Shown here: positions 48,017-61,005 of the stretch, in pieces
Numbering within the stretch: position 1 is the first letter of the stretch
Layout: every line of letters begins with the position of its first letter
Assembly: GCA_964016885.1 (NCBI GenBank)
Contig: OZ024743.1
Span: 185,070,001 to 185,134,000, forward strand
Origin: Eledone cirrhosa
Taxonomy: Eukaryota
Direction of reading: 5' to 3'
Length of the DNA stretch: 64,000 nucleotides
Translations under genes and position numbers: made by a program
Notes under the pieces: model-generated
The model's database searches: none
What the model was told of the DNA's origin: nothing
What the model saw: only the letters and a program-made list of their open reading frames with translations

Positions 48017-51000
48017 ATCATCATCATCATCATCGTTTAACGTCCATCTTCCACGCTAGCATGGGTCTGGACGGGAATTGTCCCACTTGAGGCAAGATTG
48101 GTTGTCTTGCTTGTATAGGACTGTCTGGCGGGTTTTCTACGGCTGGATGCCCTTCCTAACACCAACCACGTTTACAGTGTGGACTGGGAGGTTTTTACCG
48201 TGTTACCTACACGGCCACATTACAGCGTGGACTGTGTGTTTTTTGTTGTGACACCTACACGACCTCATTTATTTAGGACTGGATGTTGTGGTACCAGCAT
48301 AGCTTTACATCGAAAGGGGTGGTGTAGATGGCGGTGGAGGTAGGGGTAGTGGGACGGGGGTGTATTTTGGTTAAGAGGTGCCTACTGACTGTAGGTCTCG
48401 CTTTGTACTTAGGCAAGGCGGGTCTTCTGTATTACTGTGTAGCGCCAAAGATCTCGGTCCAGTGACATTGTCTTGGAGAGGTGTAAGTATGTGAGGTTGG
48501 AATTCATCAAGTCATCCCAGGTTTTTCTGGGTCTGCCTACTCCGTAGCTACCGTCTATTTTGATCGCCCTGCACTTTTTTATACAGCTGTCGTCTTTCAT
48601 GCGCATCACGTGACCATACCAACGTAGTCTTCTCTCGAGTAAACAGCATCTGATACCTCTTATTCCTAATTTCTCACTTAGTTCATTTATGCTTTGCAGT
48701 TCACGTATATTACTATTACACATCCAACGGAGCATGCAAGCTTCGTTCCTCTCCAGTCTGCGTATATCCTCTGCACACAAGGCCCATGTCTCACTGCCAT
48801 GTAACATCGCTGTTCGTATGCAGGCATCATACAACCTGCCTTTCATTTTTAGGGAGAAACCCTTAGCGGCCAATATTGGTATAAGCTCTCTGAACTTTTT
48901 CCATCCCATTTCTAGCTACAGTACTATCGGAGCACCCTCCACCACTGCTGATTTTGTCACCCAGGTAACAGAAGCTGTCCACTATTTCTATAGAACCATC
49001 TGTGCAATGGAATGAGCTAGTATTTTGTGGGCACTTGGTGCTACTTATTGCACCAGAGCACCGGCCACATATTCTTAGTTAGCTTACCTGTGATCCCACT
49101 ACATCTTTTATGCACCCATACTTTGCATTTGGGACATAAAATAGAGTTTCTACCTACGCCTTTCCTACACACTGAGCATGGCCATTTCCCAGATGGGACC
49201 AGTGCCCTATTCTCCTTCCTACATATTAGAACTTTACTCTTAGACAAGTTAATTTTAAGGCTTTTGATTCTAGGCCATGCTTCCATGTTTGGAATTTCTT
49301 CTCTAGTTCGGCCATTGATTCAGCTATGAGTGTTAGATCATCTGCATATAGGAGTTCCCATGGGCAGCCGGTCTTGAACTTTTCTATTATAGCCTGAAGG
49401 GCAATAATAAATAGGAGGGAGCTAAGGACGGAGCCCTGATGGACACCAACTTTTACGCTAAACTCTTCACTATATTCGTTGTTAACTCTAACCTTGCTGA
49501 CTGTTTCTTTATACATGGCTTGTATAACTCTCACAAGCCATTCATCAACACCTAGTTTTCTAAGAGCCCACCAGATAATGGGGCGTGGGACTCTGTCAAA
49601 GGCTTTCTCCAAGTCAACAAAAGCTGAGTATAGGGGTTTACTTTTAGCTAGGTACTTCTCCTGTAGTTGTTGTACAATGAAAAGAGCGTCTGTGGTACTT
49701 TTACCTGACACAAACCGAACTGCATTTCATCTAGATCAATTCGCTCTCTGATTAGTTGCGCTATTACTTTTTCTGTGAGCTTCATGACCTGGTCAATTAA
49801 TTTAATGCCTCTATAGTTTCCACTATCTAGGGCATCTCCTTTACCCTTGTAGCAGTTAATGATGATGCTGCTACGCCAGTCCTTTGGTATGACCCCATTC
49901 TGTATGACTTGGTTTACTATCCGGGTGACCATAGTGTGTCCCACCGTTCCAGATGCTTTCAGCATTTCAGCAACTATTTCCAAAGGCCCAGCTACCTTTC
50001 CCGTCTTCATATCTTTGATTGCCTTACTTATTATACTACCTTCAACTTGCACTGCTGGTCCCTCTATTGGATCGATGTGGGGGAGATTGTCTTTCTCCCA
50101 TTTATTCTCCTCATTTAGTAGACTTTCGTAATGACACTTCCAAGCTACCTTCTTATCAGCGTCAGTGATGGCAAGTACACCATCATCATTATGGACACAC
50201 TTCTCCCCGACAATATCACGGTTTTCCTTGACACATTGCCTAGCAATCCTGAACACCTCATGTTTTTGGTCCTCGCATTGTAGAACATGCTTGAACTTTC
50301 TTTCCTCTGCTTCCCTTCTTGCATAGTACACTTGTCTCCTAGCTTCCCTCCTGGCTACTTGATAGTGTTCTCTACTTCCCCCATCCCGCCATACTTTCCA
50401 AGCCTGCTTTTTGGCCTTGATCGACTCCTCCACCTTACTATTCCACCACCAAGTTACTCTCCTCCTGCCTATAGGTCTGCTCCAGCCACAGATTTCATCT
50501 GTCGCTTTCAGCAGGTTAGCTTTCAGGAATTCCCACTGTTCCTCTATATTGTACGACTCTAATTGCTCTTCCTTACTGTCAAAAGCATCAAGTAATATGC
50601 TTTTAAATTTATTACTGGCTGTGGGGTCCTTTAACTCCCATATTTTTCTCCTGAGAATAGTCCTCCTCTGTTGTCGAGTACGCCTCGTCCTGCCTATGAG
50701 TTCGCTAACTATGAGGCTATGTTGGGAGGTGCATTCTTCATGGGGGAGCGATTTAGTGTTTACAACAGGCACTCTGTTACGTCTTCTGGTAAGGATATAA
50801 TCTATCTGACTGGCATGTTCCCCTGATCTGTAGGTGATCAAGTGATTGTCTCGATTTTTGAAGTTTGTGTTACAGATAGTTAGGTTATTTGCGTCACAGA
50901 ATTCCAGGATTCTGGAGCCTTCCTCATTTCTAGTACCAAACCCATAGCCTCCATGGATTCCGTCATAGCCATCACAGTGTTGTCCAACGTGACCATTTAG

Positions 51001-51722
51001 GTCGCCAGCAATAATTATATAGTCACTGTCGGTTATTTGGGAGGTAGTGAGCATTAACGACTCATAGAATCTGTCTTTTATAATGCCAGGCAGTCCGGAT
51101 TGGGGTGCATACGCAGATATTATTGTCACAGTAGTTCTATTGAGGACAAGTCTTATTTTAATTATTCTGTCGTTCACTCTATTTACATCTATTATCTTAT
51201 CTACCCATTTTTCTGCTAGCATGATTCCTACTCCACCCAGCCCATTGTCATTTCCCACCCAGAAAAGCTTATAGCATCGTTTTTTACCCACAATGAATCT
51301 AGCAGACCCACCCCTCCACCTGGTCTCTTGAATACAGCAAACATCAACCTCCTTACGTTCAAGCATCTCTACAACCTTGTTAGAGCGACCTTTTAAGGTG
51401 CCTACATTCATGGTACCAACTCTGAAGTTTTGGATTGCGTTTGGTGGGTGGGAAGGATGGGGCGTAGTGAGGGGTGAGGGGGATGGGGCTATGTCAGCCA
51501 TCCGCGGCCAAAATAAAGAGGAGGAGTCCTTGCATTCTCGTCCGGCAGCATGAGGTGAATTTGTCTTTATCTTTGTCACTGTCACTGAGTGTCCAGATTT
51601 TTGCAGACTCTCCAGAATTACGTAGTCCATCCATCAAATCGAAAGGCAACCAAGTCTAAACTTAAGAAGTGATAACATGGAGAGACGAGAAAAATAGGAT
51701 TCGTACATTACATTTCACAGAA
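48017..51722 (-). mobile_element. Near full-length RTE LINE (APE endonuclease, RT, PHD finger), frameshifted
   Basis: GTMNVGTL, IQETRW, SAYAPQ, AGDLNGHVG, QIDY and SQH EN motifs, then RT fragments 49226-49711, 49041-49286 and 48409-48909. (GAT)n tail and (TA)n on both sides. Confidence 0.93.
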
Positions 51723-52083
51723 GAATATATATATATATATATATATATAAAAAGATCGATCGACTTTCGTCAAATCGGACCGAGGAAACATGTTTCCGTC
51801 GGTCTTTCCAGTTGCTAGTACTATCTATCGGTCGCAACTCCAGGTAGAAGGAGCAACGTGAAATAAAGTGTCTTGCTCAAGGACATAACGCATCGCTCGG
51901 TTATATATTATATATATATAATATATAACCAAAGATATATAACCAAAGATTAATATGGTCCATTGATTACTCAATGAATATAGTTTTACAATAGATTAAA
52001 AGCACTCTACAAGAAAGTTTTCTGGAGTTATTAATATTATTCAAAATATTAATAAATGAAGACGTTCACATAATCAAAATATG

Positions 52084-52145
52084 TTTTATTATATATATTT
52101 CGGAGGTACTGTGCTGTTTTTTCAGTATGTCCTCATCAGATAAAA
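52084..52145 (-). ncRNA. Type-I hammerhead ribozyme (family D)
   Basis: ttttat-CTGATGA-gga.tactg..cagta.tcc-GAAA-tatata-TA-ataaaa. Confidence 0.82.
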
Positions 52146-52281
52146 TATATGGATTGATGTATGACATGCCTCAACTGTCTTGATGGTTCAATTTCAGTAT
52201 TGGCAGTGGAATTGAACCATCTGCCAATACTGGAATTGAACCATCAAGGCAGTTGAGGTATGTCATACATCAATTCATATA

Positions 52282-52343
52282 TTTTATCTGATGAAGACGT
52301 ACTGAAAAAACAGCACACTACCTCCGAAATATATATAATAAAA
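52282..52343 (+). ncRNA. Type-I hammerhead ribozyme (family D, weakened stem II)
   Basis: ttttat-CTGATGA-agacgtactg..ctacctcc-GAAA-tatata-TA-ataaaa. Confidence 0.68.
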
Positions 52344-52544
52344 CATATATTTTGATTATGTGAACGTCTTCATTTATTAATATTTTGAATAATACATATA
52401 ATATATATAGGTCAGCACCTCTTTTAATTTGGACATAAATATGTGAAGACACACGAATTTTCTGTGACCCGCCAGACTGGTTAATTCACGTTAGAATAGT
52501 GAAATTTACTTTTAAATATTCGCACCTTCATATTATTATAGTTG

Positions 52545-52990
52545 ATGGGTTCAAATACCGCCAAGGCCAACTTTGCCTTTCATTTTTCCAGGGTCGATAA
52601 TATAAAGTACCAGTCAATTATTGGAATCTTTTTACTCCTGACTTTGTGCTGAAATTACAAACCATATCATTCTAGTTGGGGATAGAAGACGGTGGATTAG
52701 CAGTTGGGGATAGAAGACGGTGGATTAGCAGTTGGGGATAGAAGACGGTGGATTAGCAGTTGGGGATAGAAGACGGTGGATTAGCAGAATCATTAGTGCG
52801 TCGGACAAAATAGTTTGCAGCATTTGATTACGGCCCTTTACGTTGTGAGTTCAAATCTTGCCGAGGTCAACATTGCTTTTCGTCCTTCCGGAGTCGATAA
52901 AATAAAGTACCAGTCAAGCATTGGAGTCAATTTAATCGATTTGATACTTTCCCCAAATTGCTGACCATGTATATGTCTAAGCTAGAAATC
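52545..52990 (+). mobile_element. Two Meta-type SINE copies; the second has a 28-bp unit repeated 4 times at its head (52675-52787)
   Basis: B boxes GGTTCAAATAC / GAGTTCAAATC, Meta-like domain, and tandem GTTGGGGATAGAAGACGGTGGATTAGCA. Confidence 0.75.
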
Positions 52991-54659
52991 TTTGAGGGTT
53001 AGAATGAGTGTTTCCGACATTGTAATATGTTTATAGAGAACCATTATATAATCTCGCAAAAACGGATAATGCGAAATTGGTCTTGAACTAAAGGCGCCGG
53101 AAAATTGGTGTTGTACCTATATATATGTAGCGACGTGGTTAGTCAGTCTGGTCACTACTTCCGATCAGATCCGAGAATAGCCCTTAAAAGGACTGTTATC
53201 GCATACGGTCTGATCGTATCTGAAGATAGCCCTTAAAAGAACTGTTGTCACATACGGTAAGGATGAACAGACGAAAGCACAAGTTGAAAGGACGAAGCAA
53301 GGCGAGAGATGTAATTTCGATCAGCTATTTATTTTCACATGAAGCGACGATACGAGGTACAAGGCGTGTGTGAGTGACAAGCGTGGCAGAGGCGAGGAAC
53401 AACGATACGCGGGTTGACTCTGGCGAAAGTGTTTGGAATCACTCTATTTATACAGAAATAATCGTTTGATGTTTAGTCGCTGCGTAGGCGTTTGGCTTCT
53501 AAGGGTTGTTTGTTTCACGGTGAGGTAGCTAGCTAACAGATAGATGTAGCTGTATATTTCACAGATGTTATTTCCGGTGGCTGTACATTAGCCCCCTGCC
53601 AGATCTTTTGTACAACAAAAGAGCGAAATATCGTATAGTAATGGGCCAATGGTGCATATGTCATGACAATAGCCCAAGGAGTGTCCAGCACGTTGTGAAA
53701 TTTTGTGATCATCGAGTATAGGACAGAGTCGATGTAAAGATGATATGGCAAGATGTGTGTGTCAGGAAGAGAAAAAAGAAATAAACTATAAAATGACTTT
53801 GACCAGATTTATGCAGATTTAGGCGTGATGAATGAGCCTGTTGCAATTCGGGTTGAGCTGCCTGTGAATTGCGTGACAAAAAGTCTAACTGGGCAGTGAA
53901 GATAACCGTAATGTGTGAACTGAATGACCGTAAGCATGCTGCCTAAAAGTAACAGTTTGCTCCACAGCATATGACTTGAGCGAATGCATGTGGTAAAAAA
54001 ATAGCGAGGCATTCTCGAGCTATTGAGTGAATCTGTACGTGAAAAAAAGAAGGCCAGTGTTTTGAGGATGCGATTTGTGAAATGCATGATCAAAGAGAAA
54101 ACATTTTGTAGTGTAAGAGTTAGAGGGACACAAATATCTATTGCTCAGTGTATGAACCAAAAGGTGAAACAAACGTGGTTTTGTAGTGTGCATGAAAAAC
54201 AGAATATGTACACGCCTTGTATGTATATAAAAATTATGGCAATTACACAATTAATGTTACAGAACAAGAAAAATAAACATTTTTGCAAAACAAGAGAGAG
54301 AAGAAAAAAAATGTTATACACAATGCTATACACAATGTTTGTTCTTAAATAGTGTTTGTAATAGATAATGTTCATAATAAATAATGTTCTTCGTGACATG
54401 AGCACATGGTCACTAAAAATTGCAATTGTTCAAGCAGAAAGTTCATTGTATTTGAAACTGGAAATAGTAAACACAAGGAAAATGAGAATGTTTTGCAAGA
54501 AGAATGATTAAGAAACTCATTTGAGGTTAACGGTAATTCACATATTGTGCCAACTTGGCGGGCCAATGGACACGTCGTCCACTTCTCGTGACTGGAGATG
54601 AAACAGGTGGCTTGCTGGGACAGCAATCTGTTGGAGTTTCTGGTGTAGAGACTGTAACA

Positions 54660-57600
54660 GTATCCATGATGGCTTTTTTTAATCTGTCCACACTGACAGA
54701 ATTCTGTTTACCATCCTAATCGAGAATAAAATATTTCGGATATTTTTTTAGAACACGATAAGGGCCAGAATATGGAGGTCGAAGATGAGCTGAGATGGTA
54801 TCGTTTCGAACGAAAACGTGTGTCCAATCTTTAATGTCTGAAGGTACGTGTGTGGCCGTGTTCTGTTGACGGGTGCTTGCAGGAGCAAGGTGAGACATAT
54901 ATTGTACGTATGATCCTGGGTCTGGAACATCCTGAGGAGAGATGGGAGCAACCATCTGACCAGGTAGAACCAGGGTGGTGCCGTACACTAATTCTGCAGG
55001 TGTGTGTCCGAATTCCTCCTTAACGGTGGATCGAATGCCCAGAAGGATGAGTGGTAGGTATTCAAACCAGCGGGTCTTGTCTGGATATGCTTTTATTGCA
55101 GCTTTCAATTGGCGACGGAATCTTTCCACGAGACCATTAGCTTGCGGGTGATAAGCTGTCGTGCGAATGTATTTACATCCTAACAGGCGAGTCAGTTCCC
55201 TGAAGAGGTGGGAGTCAAACTGGCGTCCTCTGTTCGTTGTTATCTTCGCTGGGGCGCCATAACATGATACCCAGTGTAAAACCAAAGTTTTAGCGACTGT
55301 TTCCGCTGAGGTATCATTTATGGGAAAAGCCTCAGGCCAACGAAAAAAATTGATCTATGCAGGTGAGCAAGTGTGTATAGTTCTGTGATGGTGGTAGAGG
55401 TCCGACGATGTCGATATGCACATGATGAAAACGTGCATCAGGTTGCGCGAATGTGCCGAGTGGAGTTTTGATGTGTCTGTGGACTTTGGCTTTCTGGCAG
55501 GCACTGCAGCTCCTGGACCAGTCGCGCACGTCCTTGTTAATGTTAGTCCACACAAAACGAGCAGAGATGAGTTTCTGTGTAGCCCGGATTCCCGGGTGAG
55601 ACAAGCAGTGTAAAGCAGAAAAAACTTGTCGACGATGCATCTGTGGTACGTAAGGTCGTTCATGACCTGTAGAAAAGTCGCACCAAATTTGTCCCGGAGA
55701 AGAAGGAATGGGAACTTGCTGAAACTTGAGGGATGGCGAATCTCGGAGCTTGATATACTCTTCGTCAGTCTCTTGGTCAGCTGGGATCTGTTGAAGGTCG
55801 ATGCCTGAATGCACATGTATTGCGTTCAGCTGGATTCGGGACAGGGCGTCGGCTGCTACGTTGTCTGATCCCTTGATATGCCGAATATCAGTTGAATATT
55901 GGGAGACAAAATCCAGGTGTCGGAGTTCTCTCGGTGAATGTCGATCAGGTTTGGTACGGAACGCATAAACTAGTGGCTTATGGTCCGTGTAGATCACAAA
56001 ATCCGACCCTTCGAGCATATGCCGAAAATGCTTAACCGAAAGGTAGGTTGCCAAGAGTTCGCCGCCAAACGTATTGTGTTTCGTTTCTGCAGGTTGCAAC
56101 CGCTTAGAAAAAAAGGATAAGGGTTTCCACACGCCGTCGACATATTGTTGTAACACGCTTCCAACCCCCGTGTCTGATGCGTCCACTAGCAGCGAAAGAG
56201 GAGCGCCAGACCTGGGGAAAACGAGCATGGAAGCGTTTGCCAACATTTCTTTCAGGCGGTTAAAAGATGTTAATTCTTCCTCGTTTAGAGTGATCTCTTC
56301 GTTTTTGCGAGTCCGGTTACGAAGAAGGTCCGTGAGGAGTCTGGCTGTGTTCGAACAATGAGGGATGAAACGCCTATAAAAATTCACCAGACCGAAGAAT
56401 TCACGCAGTTTCCAAAGTGATGTAGGTGCGGGAAAACTGCGGATAGCTTCTACTTTCTCGGGAAGTGGACGAATGCCGTCTTTATCGATGATGTGCCCGA
56501 GAAAGGACAGTGAAGGAACGCCGAGAAGGCACTTGCTGGGGTTGATGATGATACCGTACTCAGCCAAACGTTGGAAAAGGAGATCTAAGTGCTTCTCGTG
56601 TTCTTGCTCGGAAGTACTTGCTACCAGCACGTCGTCAATATACGCATATACGAAGGGTAGATCGCGTAACACGGTGTCAATAAACCGCTGAAAAGTTTGT
56701 GCAGCGTTGCGCAGACCGAACGGCAGTCGCAGGAATTCGAATAAACCGAACGGTGTTGTGATTGCGGTCTTCAGAATGTCTGCAGGCTCCATAGGTATCA
56801 GGTTATATGCACGCACCAAATCTACCTTGGAAAAGATGCGTGCGCCTTGCAGAGAGGCAGAAAAATCGTGCAGGTGAGGTACAGGGTAATTATCGGACAC
56901 TGTAGAATTGTTAAGTGCACGATAATCCCCACATGGTCGCCAATCATTCTCGTTTTTTTTTTAGGAACAAGATGTAGGGGTGCAGACCAGTTGCTGGAGG
57001 AAGGGCGAATGATTCCGAGGTCCAGCATGTGTTGGAACTCCTGTTTGACGATTCTCAATCGGTCTGGAGGCAGTCTCCTTGGTCGGGCAGATGTGGGTGG
57101 TCCTCTTGTCTCGATGTGGTGTGTGACACTATGCTTAATAGGACCATCCTTAAATACCGGGCGAGTGATGTCTGGGTATTTCTGGAGAATGCCGTTGTAC
57201 CGCGAAGGCTCTGACTGGCAAATTACAGGGCTCACTGTGGATTGCGTGGTAAATATACCTCTCACAGTGAGGTTTGTGGTGGTGTCAATAAGCCTCCGGT
57301 TCTTCATATCCACCAGAAGATTGAAGTGGTGGAGAAAATCGGCTCCTAGGATAGGGGTCGGCAGTTCTGCCACGACGAACACCCATTGAAAACGCCGCCT
57401 CAGGCCTAAATTGAGGGTCAGCGATTTCTCCCCGAAAGTCGGAATTGATGATCGGTTCACTGCCTGCAGAAAGGACGGTGTTGGATGTCTTTTGCCCGAG
57501 ATTAGTGAAACAGGAATAACACTAACCTGGGCTCCTGTATCCACGAGGTAACGGATGCCTGTCGCTTGGTCGTTAATAAAAAAAATAGACGACTTTTCTT

Positions 57601-57916
57601 TTCAGTACCAGGAGTGAACGTCGTCGCTAGGCCCTGGGTGGTATTCTCGAAAGAGCACGAGGCTTTGCACTTAGATGCCTGTGCGCCGAAATTTACGTGA
57701 TACCAGCAGAGGTTGCCAGGCACATGATTTTGACTGGGACTCCTGGATCTTCGACTGTGAAAAGGCCTGGATTGACTGTTGCTGCGTCACCGGTGTGTTT
57801 GAAAAGTCAAGTTCTCTACTTGATTTGAGAGGGCTTTAATTTGACCAGCCCGCTCTATGATCATTGCTCGCAGCTCTGAAATCTCGGCCTCTGTCGTTGG
57901 TTGTGACATGTCCATG
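54660..57916 (-). pseudogene. Disrupted gag-pol of the Gypsy element
   Basis: CWYHVNFG..C..C, DTGA, YIDD, DAS, HHCC and D,D(N)35E motifs split by frameshifts and stops. Confidence 0.9.
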
Positions 57917-57942
57917 TTGGTATCTTCTTAGGTGCTATCTGC

Positions 57943-57973
57943 TTGCGCGTTCGAATCACGTCGGGTGTCACCA
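57943..57973 (-). other. Extended tRNA-Trp primer binding site
   Basis: Plus strand TTGCGCGTTCGAATCACGTCGGGTGTCACCA resembles the 3' ~30 nt of eukaryotic tRNA-Trp including CCA. Confidence 0.8.
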
Positions 57974-58530
57974 ATTGTAGCGACGTGGTTAGTCAGTCTG
58001 GTCACTACTTCCGATCAGATCCAAGAATCGCCCTTAAAAGGACTTTTATCGCATACGGTCTGATCGTATCTGAAGATAGCCCTTAAAAGAACTGTTGTCA
58101 CATACGGTAAGGATGAACAGACGAAAGCACAAGTTGAAAAGACGAAGCAAGGCGAGAGATGTAATTTCGATCAGCTATTTATTTTCACATGAAGCGACGA
58201 TACAAGGTACAAGGCGTGTGTGAGTGACAAGCGTGGCAGAGGCGAGGAACAACGATACGCGGGTTGACTCTGCCAAATGTCGACTGGCGAAAGTGTTTGG
58301 AATCACTCTATTTATACAGAAATAATCGTTTGATGTTTAGTCGCTGCATAGGCGTTTATTCTGGTAGTTTTTAAGAGTTGTTTGTTTCACGGTGAGGTAG
58401 CTAGCTAACAGATAGATGTAGCTGTATATTTCACTGATGTTATTTCCGGTGGCTGTACATATATATATGTGTGTGTGTGTGTGTATGCGCATTCAGAGTA
58501 TCCTCCCTCGCCTGAATAAAAGAAGCTGTC

Positions 58531-58579
<49 letters not shown>

Positions 58580-59209
58580 CGATCTAAACCCTTATTATAA
58601 TAATTAACTCACCCGTTTTTTTTTTTTCTTTAATTATGGTCGAATGCTCCATATTAATGAAGTCATGCTGCTATATTAAGCACTACCGCTAACCCCAGCC
58701 CGTCTGCTACTGTCATTTGCTGACCGACTAGACTAGTAGTTAATGTCACACGGTCGATTTACTGAATTCCCTCATATGACTGCCGGCTAAAGAGAATTCA
58801 TTTGTCTGGAATTTGCTGGTTATGGATTTATTATTAATCGATGACCAGCGGATTCTCCATGGAATTTGAAACAGTACTTTACCAGCTAATACGTGGATTT
58901 TTGTGTGCTAAACTAGGAGGTTACTGACGGTTTCAATTGATGAACTTGTGAATGCTTTAACGTTTTCATATGTTAATCTGTCAATACAATAATTACAGTT
59001 TTCATAGCTTAGGTTTCTGGCTGGGAGTATTGTATTATATATGTGATTTCGATCCCGTTGTTTACACTTTGCTCAAGAAATTCATTTGGAGCACACGCAT
59101 AGGATTAATTGTAATAGAACATTACTAGTCAGATGCCTAAACTATAATAATAAGGGTTTAGATCAATATATATATGCGTGTGTGTGTGTTGGCAGATTTT
59201 TACTTAGGT

Positions 59210-60432
59210 GAGGGAAAATGCATAAGAACTGTTTGGAAGTACCTCTGGTAAAAACAAAAATTAAGGTAAGAACAAGATGGAAGAAGTTTAGATGAATAGT
59301 AGTTTTGCTGACAACAAAGGGCTTCTCTCTCAGAGTGAAGGGTTGATTGTATGATACCTGCATGCGAACTGCCATGTTACATGGCAGTGAGACATGGGCT
59401 TTAATTGCAGAAGGCTGGAAAGAAATGAAGTGAGTATGCTCCAATAGATGTGTAATGTTAGTGTGTATGAATGCCGTAGCCTAAGCAACCTGAGAGAAAA
59501 ACTTGTCATAAGAGGAATTAGATGTAGTATGCAAGAAAAGATAGCTTTGGTATGGGCATGTGATGCGTTACGGATTATGAGAGCTGTATAACGAAGAACA
59601 GAGAAATCTCAGTGGCTGGAACTCGTAGAAAAGGCAGACCGCGAAAGATGTGAGGTGAGGTAGTGAAGACCAACCTTAAGAAACTAAACCTTACAACAAA
59701 GATGACAAAGGGCTGCAAGGATTGGAGACATGTTGTTCTGATGAAGACCTGCCTAGTAGCATAAAATGTGAGCAGATCCATCCATATCCCCACCTTCCAC
59801 TACCACTCCTTAGTAACTATTCTCATCACTTTACATCACCACCCTACTCTATCCAGGATCACTTCCACCTCTCTGAATTCCTAGAAGCCGCACTCAGCCT
59901 AGGATCACCACCCTGTAAAAACAGACAAGTCATACCCCACCCCCTAGTAGTTGTCAGCACAGTACATTCCACGCTATCGGAAGCCATCCTCCTCTCTAAC
60001 CTGGTCAAATATCACCACGCCGCCATACTTGTCATACACTCATGACATTATACCATACTTCTTACTTCCCCCGTAAAGTAGTGAGAGCTCTTCGGTTGAG
60101 TAAATGACAGACATCCTCTATAGTGCCGGTGCCACAAAAAAATACATCTTAGTACTCCTTATAAGGTGTTTGGTGGTAAGAAGACCACCCCTCTGTAGAA
60201 CCTATGTAAAAATAAGTTTAGATGACTCTTCAGTTGCGTCAGATATAATAACTTCCCTAGTGCGAGTGCTATGATGAAATGTGCATGGAAGAGTGAGGTA
60301 ACATAAGTAAGTGAGATGCAGTCCCCCGGCCCATTTGAGAGCTCAATAGTTCCGCTTAATTCGGTCTGTGACGAGTTAGTACTCAATATTCAATATTCAG
60401 CAAGGAAAATGGACGTTAAATGATGATGATGA
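59210..60432 (+). mobile_element. Older degenerate RTE 3' fragment
   Basis: KGFSLRVKG*LYDTCMRTAMLHGSETW remnant and a GGACGTTAAA(TGA)n end. Confidence 0.8.
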
Positions 60433-60830
60433 TAATAATTATTTCTACTTTTGGCACAAGGCCAGCAATTACAACCTTGCCACCAGGAAGGTGGCCGGTC
60501 AAAAATATACACGAAATTAAGAGAAAGACATACATACATACATACATACATACATACATACATACATACATACATACATACATACATACAAAAAGCGCAG
60601 CTCCCTAATTCATAGTCTACAAATGGCTGCGATAGCTGGCACCTTCAAAATTTGCAAAACATTCTTGCGATTCAAGGGATGACAATTTCTTTTCTTTTAC
60701 AACCTTGCCACCAGGAAGGTGGCCGGTCAAAAAAATATACTCGAAATTAAGAGAAAGAGAAAACATACATACATACATACATACATACATACATACATAC
60801 ATACATACATACATACATACATACATACAT

Positions 60831-61005
60831 AATTGTTTCTACTTTAGGCACAAGGCCACCAATTACCCAGTGCATTACTGGTACTTTATTTTATCGACCC
60901 CGTAAGGATGAAAGGCAAAGTCAACCTCGGCGGGATTTGAACTCAGATCGTAAAGGGACGTAACTATGCTGGAAAGCATGGCGTCCGACCCTCTACCGAT
61001 ACTGA
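60831..61005 (-). mobile_element. Meta-type SINE
   Basis: Nearly identical to 11825-11997. Confidence 0.85.

Larger units (their letters stand above)
51935..52394 (-). mobile_element. Fold-back PLE element (family D): arms ~52035-52206 / ~52220-52394 plus tail
   Basis: Inverted arms with a few mismatches and TA-rich flanks. Confidence 0.8.
53126..58459 (-). mobile_element. Gypsy/Ty3 LTR retrotransposon, CsRn1-like clade; LTRs 57976-58459 (5') and 53126-53587 (3')
   Basis: TG...CA LTRs, TSD TATA, Trp PBS, PPT GGCAGGGGGCTAA, CHCC gag knuckle and PR-RT-RH-IN order. Confidence 0.95.

Noticed and set aside
52675-52787. 28-bp direct repeats as a CRISPR array
   Set aside because: The units are contiguous with no spacers, the context is eukaryotic SINE sequence, and there are no cas genes.
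57943-57973. tRNA-Trp gene, and likewise tRNA genes in the SINE heads
   Set aside because: Only the 3' part with encoded CCA is present, adjacent to an LTR, so it is a PBS. SINE heads do not form complete cloverleafs.
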